A stretch of 64,000 nucleotides of DNA from an uncultured Pseudomonadota bacterium (GTDB lineage Bacteria; Pseudomonadota; Gammaproteobacteria; Burkholderiales; SG8-39). Below the pieces are notes generated by a model that saw nothing but the letters and a program-made list of their open reading frames with translations, had not been told where the DNA came from and made no database searches. Every line of letters starts with the position of its first letter. Within the stretch, counting starts at the first letter, position 1. Positions 53,173 to 63,639 of this stretch are shown here, one piece after another. The position numbers were made by a program, and so were the translations under genes. The stretch spans positions 13,505 to 77,504 of the forward strand of contig CALCIE010000082.1 of the NCBI GenBank assembly GCA_937907425.1. Direction: 5' to 3'.

Positions 53173-54561
53173 ATGGCGTACCGGATCGAACGCGACACCT
53201 TCGGCGAGATCGAAGTCCCCGCGGAACGGCTGTGGGGCGCGCAGACGCAGCGTTCGCTGCAGCACTTCAAAATCTCCGGCGAGCGCATGCCGGCGGAGCT
53301 CATCCGCGCGCTGGCGCTGGTCAAGCGCGCCTGCGCCCAGGTCAACCGCGACCTGGGCCAGCTCGACGCCGCGAAGGCGGACGCCATCATCGCGGCGGCG
53401 GATGAAGTGCTGGCCGGCAAGCATCCGGACGAGTTTCCGCTGGTGGTCTGGCAGACCGGTTCGGGCACGCAGACCAACATGAACATGAACGAGGTGCTGG
53501 CCAATCGCGCCTCGGAACTGCTGGGCGGCGTGCGCGGCGAGGGGCGCAAAGTCCATCCCAACGACGACGTCAACCGCGGCCAGTCCTCCAACGACGTGTT
53601 CCCGACCGCGATGCACGTGGCGGCGGTGGAGCAGTTGGAACGCCGTCTGCTGCCGGCGATCGAAGGGCTGCGCAACACGCTGCACGAGAAGGCGCAGGCC
53701 TTCGCCGACATCGTCAAGGTCGGCCGCACCCATTTGCAGGACGCCACGCCGCTCACCCTCGGCCAGGAGTTCTCCGGCTATGTGGCGCAGCTCGACCACG
53801 GCATCCGGCACGTGCGCGACGCGCTGCCGCATCTTTGCGAGCTCGCGCTGGGCGGTACGGCCGTGGGTACGGGTCTGAACGCGCATCCGGAATTCGGCGA
53901 ACGCGTGGCGGCGGAACTCGCGCGGCTCATGGGGCTGCCTTTCGTCTCGGCGCCCAACAAGTTCGAGGCGCTGGCCGCGCACGACGCGCTGGTGCACGCG
54001 CATGGCGCATTGAAGACGCTCGCCGCCTCGCTCACCAAGATCGCCAACGACGTGCGCTGGCTCGCGTCGGGGCCGCGTTCAGGGTTGGGCGAGCTCTCCA
54101 TCCCGGAGAACGAGCCTGGCAGTTCCATCATGCCGGGCAAGGTCAATCCAACGCAGTCGGAAGCGCTGACCATGGCCTGCGCGCAGGTCTTCGGCAACGA
54201 CGTCGCGGTGAACTTCGGCGGCTCGCAGGGCAATTTCGAGCTGAACGTCTACAAACCGCTCATCATCCACGCCTTCCTGCAGAGCGTGCGGCTGCTGGCC
54301 GACGGCGCGGCCAGTTTCGACGCGCATTGCGCGCGCGGCATCCAGCCCAACCGCGAGCGGATCGAGGAATTGCTGCGGCGCTCGCTCATGCTGGTGACCG
54401 CGCTTAATCCGCACATCGGTTACGACAAGGCGGCGGAGATCGCCAAGAAGGCGCATCGCGAAGGCACCACGCTCAGGGAAGCGGCAATCGCGCTGGGCTA
54501 CGTGAGCGCGGAAGACTTCGACCGCTGGGTGCGTCCGGAGCAGATGGTGGGCAGACGCTGA
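53173..54561 (+). CDS. fumC: class II fumarate hydratase
   Basis: [20 protein letters not shown] signature, 462 aa. Confidence 0.95.
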   Translation: MAYRIERDTFGEIEVPAERLWGAQTQRSLQHFKISGERMPAELIRALALVKRACAQVNRDLGQLDAAKADAIIAAADEVLAGKHPDEFPLVVWQTGSGTQTNMNMNEVLANRASELLGGVRGEGRKVHPNDDVNRGQSSNDVFPTAMHVAAVEQLERRLLPAIEGLRNTLHEKAQAFADIVKVGRTHLQDATPLTLGQEFSGYVAQLDHGIRHVRDALPHLCELALGGTAVGTGLNAHPEFGERVAAELARLMGLPFVSAPNKFEALAAHDALVHAHGALKTLAASLTKIANDVRWLASGPRSGLGELSIPENEPGSSIMPGKVNPTQSEALTMACAQVFGNDVAVNFGGSQGNFELNVYKPLIIHAFLQSVRLLADGAASFDAHCARGIQPNRERIEELLRRSLMLVTALNPHIGYDKAAEIAKKAHREGTTLREAAIALGYVSAEDFDRWVRPEQMVGRR

Positions 54562-54618
54562 AATCCGGGCTGGGCTCGCTTAGAATGCGCGCTTTGCCCA
54601 GCGTTCAGAAAGCGGTAC

Positions 54619-55242
54619 ATGCCTCGTGTAGCACGCACTTCTACAACTCCAAAACGATCCGCCAAGACTGCCAGGAAAAAGCGCTCCATCACCTCGACGG
54701 CCAAGGCGGCGAAGGCCGCCGCTTCCGCATCGGCCAAGGCCGGCGCGGGAAGGCGAGGGGCCGCTGTGGCGAAAAAGGCCGCGAAGAAGGCGAAGCCCGG
54801 GAAGCTCTACGTGGTGCGACGCTCGAAGATCCACGGCCGCGGCGTGTTCGCCGCCGTCGACATCCCCAAGGGCACGCGTATCATCGAATACAAGGGCAAG
54901 CGCATCACCTACGAACTGGCCTGCGAGCTCTATCCCGACGAGGAAGGCAAGCCGACCCACACCTTCCTGTTCGAGATCGACGACGACCATGTGATCGATG
55001 CCGGGCAGGGCGGCAACGCCGCGCGCTGGATCAACCACTCCTGCGAGCCGAACTGCGAGGCGGTGGAGGAGGACGGCCGCATCTACATCGAGGCGATCCG
55101 CAACATCAAGGCGGGCGAGGAACTGGGTTACAACTACGGCATCACCCTGGACGAGCCGCATACCAAGGCCGCCAAGGCACGCTGGCCCTGCTACTGCGGG
55201 GCGAAATCCTGCCGCGGCACGCTCCTGCAGCCCAAGCGCTGA
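54619..55242 (+). CDS. SET-domain protein (putative protein-lysine methyltransferase) with K/A-rich histone-H1-like N-terminal tail
   Basis: RWINHSCEPNC, ELGYNYG, post-SET CYCGAKSCRG. First about 60 aa are K/A/S/T/R-rich (AKAAKAAASASAKAG...AKKAAKKAKPGK). Confidence 0.8.
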   Translation: MPRVARTSTTPKRSAKTARKKRSITSTAKAAKAAASASAKAGAGRRGAAVAKKAAKKAKPGKLYVVRRSKIHGRGVFAAVDIPKGTRIIEYKGKRITYELACELYPDEEGKPTHTFLFEIDDDHVIDAGQGGNAARWINHSCEPNCEAVEEDGRIYIEAIRNIKAGEELGYNYGITLDEPHTKAAKARWPCYCGAKSCRGTLLQPKR

Positions 55243-55246
55243 CATG

Positions 55247-55273
55247 AAAAACGGGGCCGTCAGGCCCCGTTTT
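55247..55273. terminator. bidirectional rho-independent terminator (SET gene / yqhA-like convergent)
   Basis: AAAA + stem ACGGGGCC (55251-55258) / GGCCCCGT (55263-55270) + TTT. Confidence 0.8.
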
Positions 55274-55291
55274 ATGGCCCTCAATTGACGC

Positions 55292-55834
55292 TCAATGGCC
55301 GCCCTTCGGTGCCAGCAGCCGGTCGGTGGCGGCGATGGCGATGGCCGAGACCAGGAAAGTGATGTGGATGATGGTCTGCCACATCATGGTCTTCACCTCG
55401 AGCTGCGGGGCGTTGATGAAGGTCTTCAGCAGGTGGATCGAGGAGATGCCGATGATCGCCGTCGCGAGCTTGACCTTGAGCACCGAGGCGTTGACGTGCG
55501 ACAGCCATTCCGGCTGGTCGGGATGCCCCTCCAGATAAAGGCGCGAGACGAAGGTCTCGTAGCCGCCGACGATCACCATGATGAGTAGGTTGGCGATCAT
55601 CACCACGTCGATCAGCGACAGCACGATCAGCATGATCTCGGTTTCGCTCACCGAGCCGTTGGCGAACAGCTCGAGCAGATGTACGAGCTCGCGCCAGAAT
55701 TGCACCACGTAGACGCCCTGGGCCACGATGAGCCCGAGGTAGAGGGGCAGTTGCAGCCAGCGGCTGGCGAAAATGAGCGTCGGGATGGGCTTGAGCCGGC
55801 CCGTGCCGGCGGCGGAAGCGGGGGAGGATGCCAT
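55292..55834 (-). CDS. UPF0114 (YqhA/TIGR00645) family membrane protein
   Basis: [16 protein letters not shown]...[14 protein letters not shown]... pattern of the YqhA family. ATG 55834 preferred. Confidence 0.7.
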   Translation of the reverse strand: MASSPASAAGTGRLKPIPTLIFASRWLQLPLYLGLIVAQGVYVVQFWRELVHLLELFANGSVSETEIMLIVLSLIDVVMIANLLIMVIVGGYETFVSRLYLEGHPDQPEWLSHVNASVLKVKLATAIIGISSIHLLKTFINAPQLEVKTMMWQTIIHITFLVSAIAIAATDRLLAPKGGH

Positions 55835-56061
55835 CGTTGTCGTTATGGGAAATTGCGAAACGGGGCGCGATTTTAGCGGCATGCCTGTGCCGGCGCGAGG
55901 ACGGACCGGGACCGGAAAAGGGGACGGCGCCCCTTTGACGGCGCACGTTTACAGCCGGCGCATTTGGTGCTTCCATTCGGTCATTGGCCGGACACTCCCC
56001 TAAAATCCCGTATTGCCATTACAAACGACGTCCGGCACGTCCACATCGAGGAGGCAGATCT

Positions 56062-58026
<1,965 letters not shown>

Positions 58027-58096
58027 CGGCCGGGCCGGCGGGCTTTGATCTGCGCGCCGGCGCCGACCATGCCGCGGACATAGAATTGGGTGCGTC

Positions 58097-59512
58097 ATGC
58101 CCGATCGCAGCGCATTGCTTGCCCGTATTGCCGAAATCGTCGGCCCGGACGGCCTGGTGCGGGACGCCGCGCGCGTGCAGGCGCATGCCACCGACTGGCG
58201 CAAGCGCTACGTCGGCAAACCGCTCGCCGTCGTCATGCCGGCCAGCACCGAAGAGGTGGCGGCGCTCGTGCGGCTTTGCGCCCGCAGCGGCACGGCCATC
58301 GTGCCCCAGGGCGGCAATACCAGCCTCTGCGGCGCCGCCACGCCCGATGCCAGCGGCAACCAGGTGCTGCTGTCGCTGGCGCGCATGAACCGCATCCGTG
58401 CCCTCGATCCCGTCGGCAACACCATCACCGTCGACGCCGGCTGTACGCTGGCGCAGGTCCAGGAAGCGGTAAGCCGGGCGGGCAGGCTCTTCCCGCTCGA
58501 CGTCGCGCCGGCGCATCTTGCGCAGATCGGCGGCAACCTCTCCACCAACGCCGGTGGCGTGCAGGTGCTGCGTTACGGCAACGCGCGCGACCTGACGCTC
58601 GGCCTGGAAGTCGTGCTGCCCTCGGGCGATATCTGGGACGGGCTGCGCACGCTGCGCAAGGACAACAGCGGCTACAACCTCAAGCAGCTCTTCATCGGCG
58701 CCGAGGGCACCCTGGGCGTGATTACGGGCGCGGTGCTGAAGCTCTTCCCCAAACCCGCCGCCAAAGTGGTGGCTCTGGTCGGGCTCGATTCCCCGCGCGC
58801 CGGGCTCGCTTTGCTGGAACACCTGCAGAGCCGCTGCGGCGAGCGGCTGAACGCCTTCGAGCTCATGTCGGCGATCTGCATGCAGCTCGTGCTCAAGCAT
58901 TTCCCTGCCTCGCCGCGTGTGTTCGAGACCGGGTATGCGCAGTACGCGCTGATCGAGCTGACCGATACCGAGGACCAGGCGGCCTTGCAACGCCGCGTGG
59001 AAGGCGCCCTGGAGGCGGCTGTGGCCGGGGGGATTGCGCGTGCATTCCGGCTCGCCGCCGACGAGGCCGAGGCGCGCGGCTACTGGTCGCTGCGCAAGAA
59101 CATCTCCGACGCGCAGGCCGCGGAAGGGCGCAACATCAAGCACGACATCTCCCTACCGATCGGCTGCATCGCCGATTTCCTGGACGAAACCGACGCGCTG
59201 CTGCGGCAGGCCTTCCCGGGCGTGCGCATGGTGACCTTCGGCCATCTGGGCGACGGCAACCTGCATTACAACGTCGCCCACCCGCCGGGCGAGGACGAAG
59301 CGGCTTTCATGGCGAAGCAGCCGGAAGTCACGCGCATCGTGCATGACAGTGTGCACCGCTACGGCGGCAGCATCGCGGCCGAACACGGCATCGGCCAGTA
59401 CAAGCGCGGCGAAATCCTGCGCTACAAGTCGCCGCTGGAAATGGAGCTCATGCGGGCGCTCAAGCGCACCCTGGACCCGCAGGGCATCATGAATCCGGGA
59501 AAGGTGCTCTGA
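58097..59512 (+). CDS. FAD-binding oxidoreductase (GlcD / D-2-hydroxyacid dehydrogenase family)
   Basis: FAD_binding_4-type N-terminal half (VPQGGNTSLCGAA; GGNLSTNAGG), C-terminal FAD-oxidase domain ending GIMNPGKVL. Confidence 0.8.
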   Translation: MPDRSALLARIAEIVGPDGLVRDAARVQAHATDWRKRYVGKPLAVVMPASTEEVAALVRLCARSGTAIVPQGGNTSLCGAATPDASGNQVLLSLARMNRIRALDPVGNTITVDAGCTLAQVQEAVSRAGRLFPLDVAPAHLAQIGGNLSTNAGGVQVLRYGNARDLTLGLEVVLPSGDIWDGLRTLRKDNSGYNLKQLFIGAEGTLGVITGAVLKLFPKPAAKVVALVGLDSPRAGLALLEHLQSRCGERLNAFELMSAICMQLVLKHFPASPRVFETGYAQYALIELTDTEDQAALQRRVEGALEAAVAGGIARAFRLAADEAEARGYWSLRKNISDAQAAEGRNIKHDISLPIGCIADFLDETDALLRQAFPGVRMVTFGHLGDGNLHYNVAHPPGEDEAAFMAKQPEVTRIVHDSVHRYGGSIAAEHGIGQYKRGEILRYKSPLEMELMRALKRTLDPQGIMNPGKVL

Positions 59513-59547
59513 GCCGCAGGCTGAGGTAAAATCCGCGCCTCTTTTCC

Positions 59548-59638
59548 GGAGAGGTGACCGAGTGGTCGAAGGTGCACGCCTGGAAAGCGTGTGTACGCCA
59601 AAAGCGTACCGCGGGTTCGAATCCCGCTCTCTCCGCCA
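59548..59638 (+). tRNA. tRNA-Ser (anticodon GGA), CCA encoded
   Basis: Acceptor GGAGAGG/TCTCTCC (one G-U), anticodon loop CTGGAAA, long variable arm, T-loop GGTTCGAATCC. Confidence 0.9.
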
Positions 59639-59648
59639 ATGAATTCAA

Positions 59649-59686
59649 ATTCTTAGCGCGTAACCAACGGGTTGCGCGCTAAGAAT
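59649..59686 (+). repeat. 12-bp perfect inverted repeat immediately downstream of tRNA-Ser(GGA)
   Basis: ATTCTTAGCGCG (59649-59660) / CGCGCTAAGAAT (59675-59686), 14-nt loop, no U-tract. Confidence 0.7.
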
Positions 59687-59746
59687 GCCACCTGTTCTCC
59701 CGCCAGTTGTATTTGCCCGGCAACGAACCCATCGAACCGTAAGCGC

Positions 59747-60206
59747 ATGCGCGGCGTTCGCAAATTCGTCGCTGCCGCGCTGCTTTGCCTGCCGGTTTCG
59801 GCAGTTGTTGCCTGCACCGTGGTCGGCGTGCAAGACGGCGACACATTGACAGCGTTATGCGCGCGGCAGCAGATCCGAGTCAGGCTTGCAGAGATCGACG
59901 CGCCGGAGCGCCGGCAACCGTTCGGCGCGCGCCCGCCAATCGCTGGCCGAGCTGTGTTTCAAGCGGCCGGTGAAACTCAAGACGGTCGATGTAGACCGAT
60001 ACGGGCGCACTGTGGCGCGCGTGTATTGCGACGGCGTCGATGCCAACGCCGAGCAAGTGCGCCGCGGCATGGCCTGGGTGTACGTTCGCTATGCGCGCGA
60101 TCCGGCGTTGCGCAGCCTGGAGGCGGAGGCACGCCGCGCCAGGCGAGGGCTGTGGTCGGATTCGCTGCCGGTGCCCCCGTGGGAATGGCGCCGCAACCGC
60201 GCTTAG
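59747..60206 (+). pseudogene. thermonuclease (SNase-like) gene interrupted by an apparent 1-nt frameshift
   Basis: Frame 1 from ATG 59747: signal-like MRGVRKFVAAALLCLPVSAVVAC, then VVGVQDGDTLTA...RVRLAEIDAPERRQPFGAR. Frame 2 to stop 60206: ...SLAELCFKRPVKLKTVDVDRYGRTVARVYCDGVDANAEQVRRGMAWVYVRY...ARRARRGLWS...PPWEWRR. Switch lies in GC run 59921-59940. Confidence 0.65.
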
Positions 60207-60415
60207 TGGTGCCGTGCCGCCTTGGGCGCGCTTTGCTCGCGCCGGCGCACCGCGGCGGCGCGTAAGGGGCGCATCGACTGAGCCTCTGCACCCCTGAAAC
60301 TCCGCGCACAACGGAGACGGCGAACGAGAGTACGACGCGCGACGATGCCCCTCGCGCATATCCGGCTCATTGCCTGCGCACGCTGGGCGGAAAGAAGTAC
60401 CGGTGCGGCCGGTTG

Positions 60416-60892
60416 TCAAGCCGGCGCTCCGGGTTGATCTGCGCGGTCAGCCGGGCCGTGACGGAGCAAATCGGCCAGCAGCACCAGTTGCGGAATCCCG
60501 CGCCTGTCGCAGACAAGCACCGCGTTCTGACGATAGCGGTGCGCCAGCCGCTTCGCGTTCTTCCGGTCGAGTCTTAACGCGAGCACGCTCGGTTCGCGCC
60601 ACTGCCCGTCGGTGCCGATGCCTTCTCCCGGAAGCACGATGCATCCCAGCCGTTTCAGCTCCGCGATCAGACGCTTTTGCGCCGCTTCGTTCATCCCGCG
60701 CGGGCGCGGCCTGCTGCGCGGATGCCAGGCGGTGATGAACGCCGCGCTGCGCGCGCGATGGCGATGCAACAGCAGCGTGAGGCGCGGCTCGCGCACGCTC
60801 ACGCGCAGTTCGAAACGCTCGCTGCGCCGCGCGCCGTACACGCGATACGCGGTTGTTAAATAGCTTTGCAGCAATGAACGAGGCCTTTCCAT
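60416..60892 (-). CDS. DUF3293-like hypothetical protein
   Basis: TAYRVYG...FELRV...SAAFITAWHPRS...NEAAQKRLIAELKRLG...GQWREPSVLAL...YRQNAVLV pattern as I recall for DUF3293. ATG 60892. Confidence 0.55.
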   Translation of the reverse strand: MERPRSLLQSYLTTAYRVYGARRSERFELRVSVREPRLTLLLHRHRARSAAFITAWHPRSRPRPRGMNEAAQKRLIAELKRLGCIVLPGEGIGTDGQWREPSVLALRLDRKNAKRLAHRYRQNAVLVCDRRGIPQLVLLADLLRHGPADRADQPGAPA

Positions 60893-61012
60893 GGTAGTCC
60901 GCCTGTACTGCAATGAAATCGGAGGAAGCGACGGGCACCATTCTTGCGGACTGCACGTCAGCTTTCCGGACACTTTGCACGGCAGAAGCAAAGGTAGCAG
61001 GAGGAAGTGATC

Positions 61013-61321
61013 ATGACAGCGAAGGGCAACGTTTATCCGGATGCGGAGGGCCCGCGCAACGGGGGCGGGCGCCGGTGGGGCCTCGGCAATCTGCTCAATA
61101 CACTGGCGGAGGAGATTTCGGAACGCGGCGGGTTCGGGGCGTCGCGCGGCAGATCGGTGCATGCGGCGGAGGACGTCCGTTGCCCGTGGTGCCAGGGCGA
61201 CGTTTACCGGGTGCGGCGGCGGATGATCGACCGCTTCGCCAGCGTGCTGTCGCCGCGCCAGCGTTATCGCTGCATGTCCTGGAGCTGCCGCTGGGAAGGC
61301 ACGCTCCGCGTCAAGCGCTAG
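61013..61321 (+). CDS. small zinc-ribbon-like hypothetical protein
   Basis: CPWCQG...YRCMSWSCRW four-Cys arrangement. SD AGGAGG 8 nt before ATG 61013. Confidence 0.45.
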   Translation: MTAKGNVYPDAEGPRNGGGRRWGLGNLLNTLAEEISERGGFGASRGRSVHAAEDVRCPWCQGDVYRVRRRMIDRFASVLSPRQRYRCMSWSCRWEGTLRVKR

Positions 61322-61410
61322 GCTGAAAACTGCGCCGGCGCGCAGCCGGTGAGCCCGGCCGTCGCACGGCCGGTAAAATAGGCGCTTCGCGAAAATGAGC
61401 AGGACAAACA

Positions 61411-62382
61411 ATGAGCATTGCGGAGCGTCTCGCAGCGGAGGAGCGGTCGACGCAGCAATCCATCTCCGTCGACCTGAGCGCGGTGATCGTCACGGTCGAC
61501 GACGAGCAACCCAAGGTCCTCGCCATCCGGACCGATAAGGCCGATGCGCTGCCCTCCGGTCCGCTCGAACCCCGTCATCGCACGCTGGAAGCGGGTTTGC
61601 GCGCGTGGGTGGAAACTCAGACGCGCCAGACGCTCGGTTATGTCGAGCAGCTCTATACCTTCGGCGACAGCGGACGCAGCGCTGCGACGGGGGCGAATAC
61701 CCGCTCGCTGTCCATCGGCTATCTAGCGCTGGTGCCCGAAGCGCAGCCGCCGGGCACGCCGGACGCCGAGTGGCGCAACTGGTACCGCTACTTTCCCTGG
61801 GAAGACTGGCGCAACGGGCGGCCGCCCATCCTCGACGAGATCGCGGCCGGGCTCAAGGCCTGGGTCGCGCAGGCCGAGGACGCTTCGCAGCGCAGACTGC
61901 GCGAAGCGCGCGTGCGGCGTACCTTCGGCAACCGCAACCGGCCGTGGAACGAGGAGCCGGTGCTGGACCGTTACGAGCTGCTATACGAAGCGGGACTTGT
62001 ACCGGAAGCGCACCGCGACGGCCGCAAAACCTCTGGCAAGCCCATTAGCGCGGGCGAACCGATGTTCGCCGACCATCGCCGCATTCTCGCCACGGCGATC
62101 ACGCGGCTGCGCGGCAAGATCAAATACCGTCCCGTGGTCTTCGAGCTGATGCCCGAGATGTTCCCGCTGCTGCATCTGCAACGCACGGTGGAGGCGCTCG
62201 CCGGCGTGCGCCTGCACAAGCCCAATTTCCGGCGCCTGGTGGAAGGGCAGGGACTGGTCGAGGACACAGGGGCGTATACCACCGAGACCGGCGGACGGCC
62301 CGCACGCCTGGTGCGCTTTCGCAGCGAGGCGCTGCTGGAGGGTATGACGGGCGGCATCCGCCTGCCGGTGGTGCGCAGTTGA
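61411..62382 (+). CDS. nadQ: Nudix-like NAD-biosynthesis transcriptional regulator (NadQ / COG4111 family)
   Basis: Nudix-like N-terminal domain without an intact Nudix box, plus C-terminal winged-helix-like region; directly upstream of nadA-nadB. Confidence 0.65.
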   Translation: MSIAERLAAEERSTQQSISVDLSAVIVTVDDEQPKVLAIRTDKADALPSGPLEPRHRTLEAGLRAWVETQTRQTLGYVEQLYTFGDSGRSAATGANTRSLSIGYLALVPEAQPPGTPDAEWRNWYRYFPWEDWRNGRPPILDEIAAGLKAWVAQAEDASQRRLREARVRRTFGNRNRPWNEEPVLDRYELLYEAGLVPEAHRDGRKTSGKPISAGEPMFADHRRILATAITRLRGKIKYRPVVFELMPEMFPLLHLQRTVEALAGVRLHKPNFRRLVEGQGLVEDTGAYTTETGGRPARLVRFRSEALLEGMTGGIRLPVVRS

Positions 62383-62481
62383 ACTAAGGCGCTGTATTTA
62401 CGTTGTTTCCCCTTTAAACCCTTGCGCAAACACGGGATTGCGGGGCACTTCGGACAAGTCGAAAATAGCGCGGCGCGGCTC

Positions 62482-62511
62482 TTGACGGTCTTATTCTCAG
62501 GGCTAGAATAA
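62482..62511 (+). promoter_or_regulatory. candidate nadA promoter (TTGACG-16 bp-TAGAAT) overlapped by 21-bp palindrome TTATTCTCAGGGCTAGAATAA
   Basis: -35 at 62482-62487, -10 at 62504-62509. Dyad arms TTATTCT (62491-62497) / AGAATAA (62505-62511). Confidence 0.55.
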
Positions 62512-62515
62512 CGTC

Positions 62516-62541
62516 AACCGAGTGTAACTCGGTTTTATTGT
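62516..62541 (+). promoter_or_regulatory. terminator-like hairpin in the nadA leader
   Basis: Stem AACCGAG (62516-62522) / CTCGGTT (62528-62534), loop TGTAA, followed by TTATTGTT. Confidence 0.45.
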
Positions 62542-62548
62542 TCGCTAC

Positions 62549-62569
62549 ATATACTCAAGGTGAGCATAA
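62549..62569 (+). promoter_or_regulatory. second 21-bp operator-like palindrome ATATACTCAAGGTGAGCATAA covering nadA SD and start codon
   Basis: Arms TATACTCA / TGAGCATA (7 of 8 complementary). 15 of 21 positions identical to the 62491-62511 site. Confidence 0.5.
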
Positions 62570-63600
62570 TGACCGCAACCGCCGCAGTGCAGTCGACCGC
62601 GCTTCGTTACACGGAGCGTTTCACGCCCGAGATCGCGGAGCGTACCGCGCCCATCTACGAACGCGTGAAAAGCGTGGTGCCGGAAATCCTGTGGCCGAAG
62701 TACGCGCCGGACATCGACGCGATCCTGCGGCTGAAGAAGGAGCGCAACGCGGTCATCCTGGCGCACAACTATCAGACACCGGAAATCTTCCATGCCGTCG
62801 CCGACTTCGTGGGCGACAGTCTCGCGCTGGCACGCCAGGCGGCGAAATGCGACGCCGAAGTCATCGTGCAGGCAGGCGTGCACTTCATGGCGGAGACGTC
62901 GAAGCTGTTGTGCCCGGACAAGAAGGTGCTCATCCCCGACATGCAGGCGGGTTGTTCGCTCGCCGATTCCGTCACCGCTGCCGACGTGCGCCTGTTGCGC
63001 GAGAAATATCCGGGCGTGCCGGTGGTGACCTACGTCAACACCTCGGCGGCGGTGAAGGCCGAAAGCGACATCTGCTGCACCTCGGCCAACGCGGTGAAAA
63101 TCGTCGAGAGCCTCGGCGTGCCGCGCGTCATCATGATTCCCGACGAATTCCTGGCGAAGAACGTCGCGGCGCAGACCAAGGTCGAGGTGATCGCCTGGGC
63201 CGGCCACTGCGAAGTGCACGAGCGCTTCACGGTCGATGACATCGAGCGTTTCCGTCTGCTGTACCCGGGCGTCGTGGTACTGGCGCATCCCGAATGCCCG
63301 CCGGAAGTGGTGAAGGCCGCCGATTTCACCGGCTCCACCGCGGGCATGATCGACTACGTCGGCGAGAAGCGTCCGTCACGCGTGGTGCTCATCACCGAAT
63401 GCTCGATGAGCGACAACGTCGCCGTGCAGTTCCCGGACATCGAATTCGTGCGGCCTTGTCAGCGCTGCCCGCACATGAAGCGCATCACGCTGGAGAACAT
63501 CCGCCGCGCCTTGGAAACCATGACCCACGAAGTGACCGTGGACCCGGAAATCGCCCCGCGCGCCCGCCGTGCGATCGAGCGCATGCTCGAAGTGAAATAA
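62569..63600 (+). CDS. nadA: quinolinate synthase
   Basis: [20 protein letters not shown], three Fe-S cysteine regions, 343 aa. ATG 62569 preferred to GTG 62560. Confidence 0.9.
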   Translation: MTATAAVQSTALRYTERFTPEIAERTAPIYERVKSVVPEILWPKYAPDIDAILRLKKERNAVILAHNYQTPEIFHAVADFVGDSLALARQAAKCDAEVIVQAGVHFMAETSKLLCPDKKVLIPDMQAGCSLADSVTAADVRLLREKYPGVPVVTYVNTSAAVKAESDICCTSANAVKIVESLGVPRVIMIPDEFLAKNVAAQTKVEVIAWAGHCEVHERFTVDDIERFRLLYPGVVVLAHPECPPEVVKAADFTGSTAGMIDYVGEKRPSRVVLITECSMSDNVAVQFPDIEFVRPCQRCPHMKRITLENIRRALETMTHEVTVDPEIAPRARRAIERMLEVK

Positions 63601-63639
63601 GCGCACCCGAGGCTCGCGCTCACGCAAAAGGCCATCACC

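Noticed and set aside
54561-54618. TAGAAT hexamer (54581-54586) as the promoter of the SET gene
   Set aside because: There is no acceptable -35 at 16-18 bp and only 32 nt to the ATG. It is too weak to call without TSS data.
59672-60265. 197-aa ORF taken as an intact nuclease
   Set aside because: After residue about 85 it becomes Arg/Ala/Gly-rich nonsense, while the conserved SNase C-terminal motifs are in the +1 frame (59886-60206).
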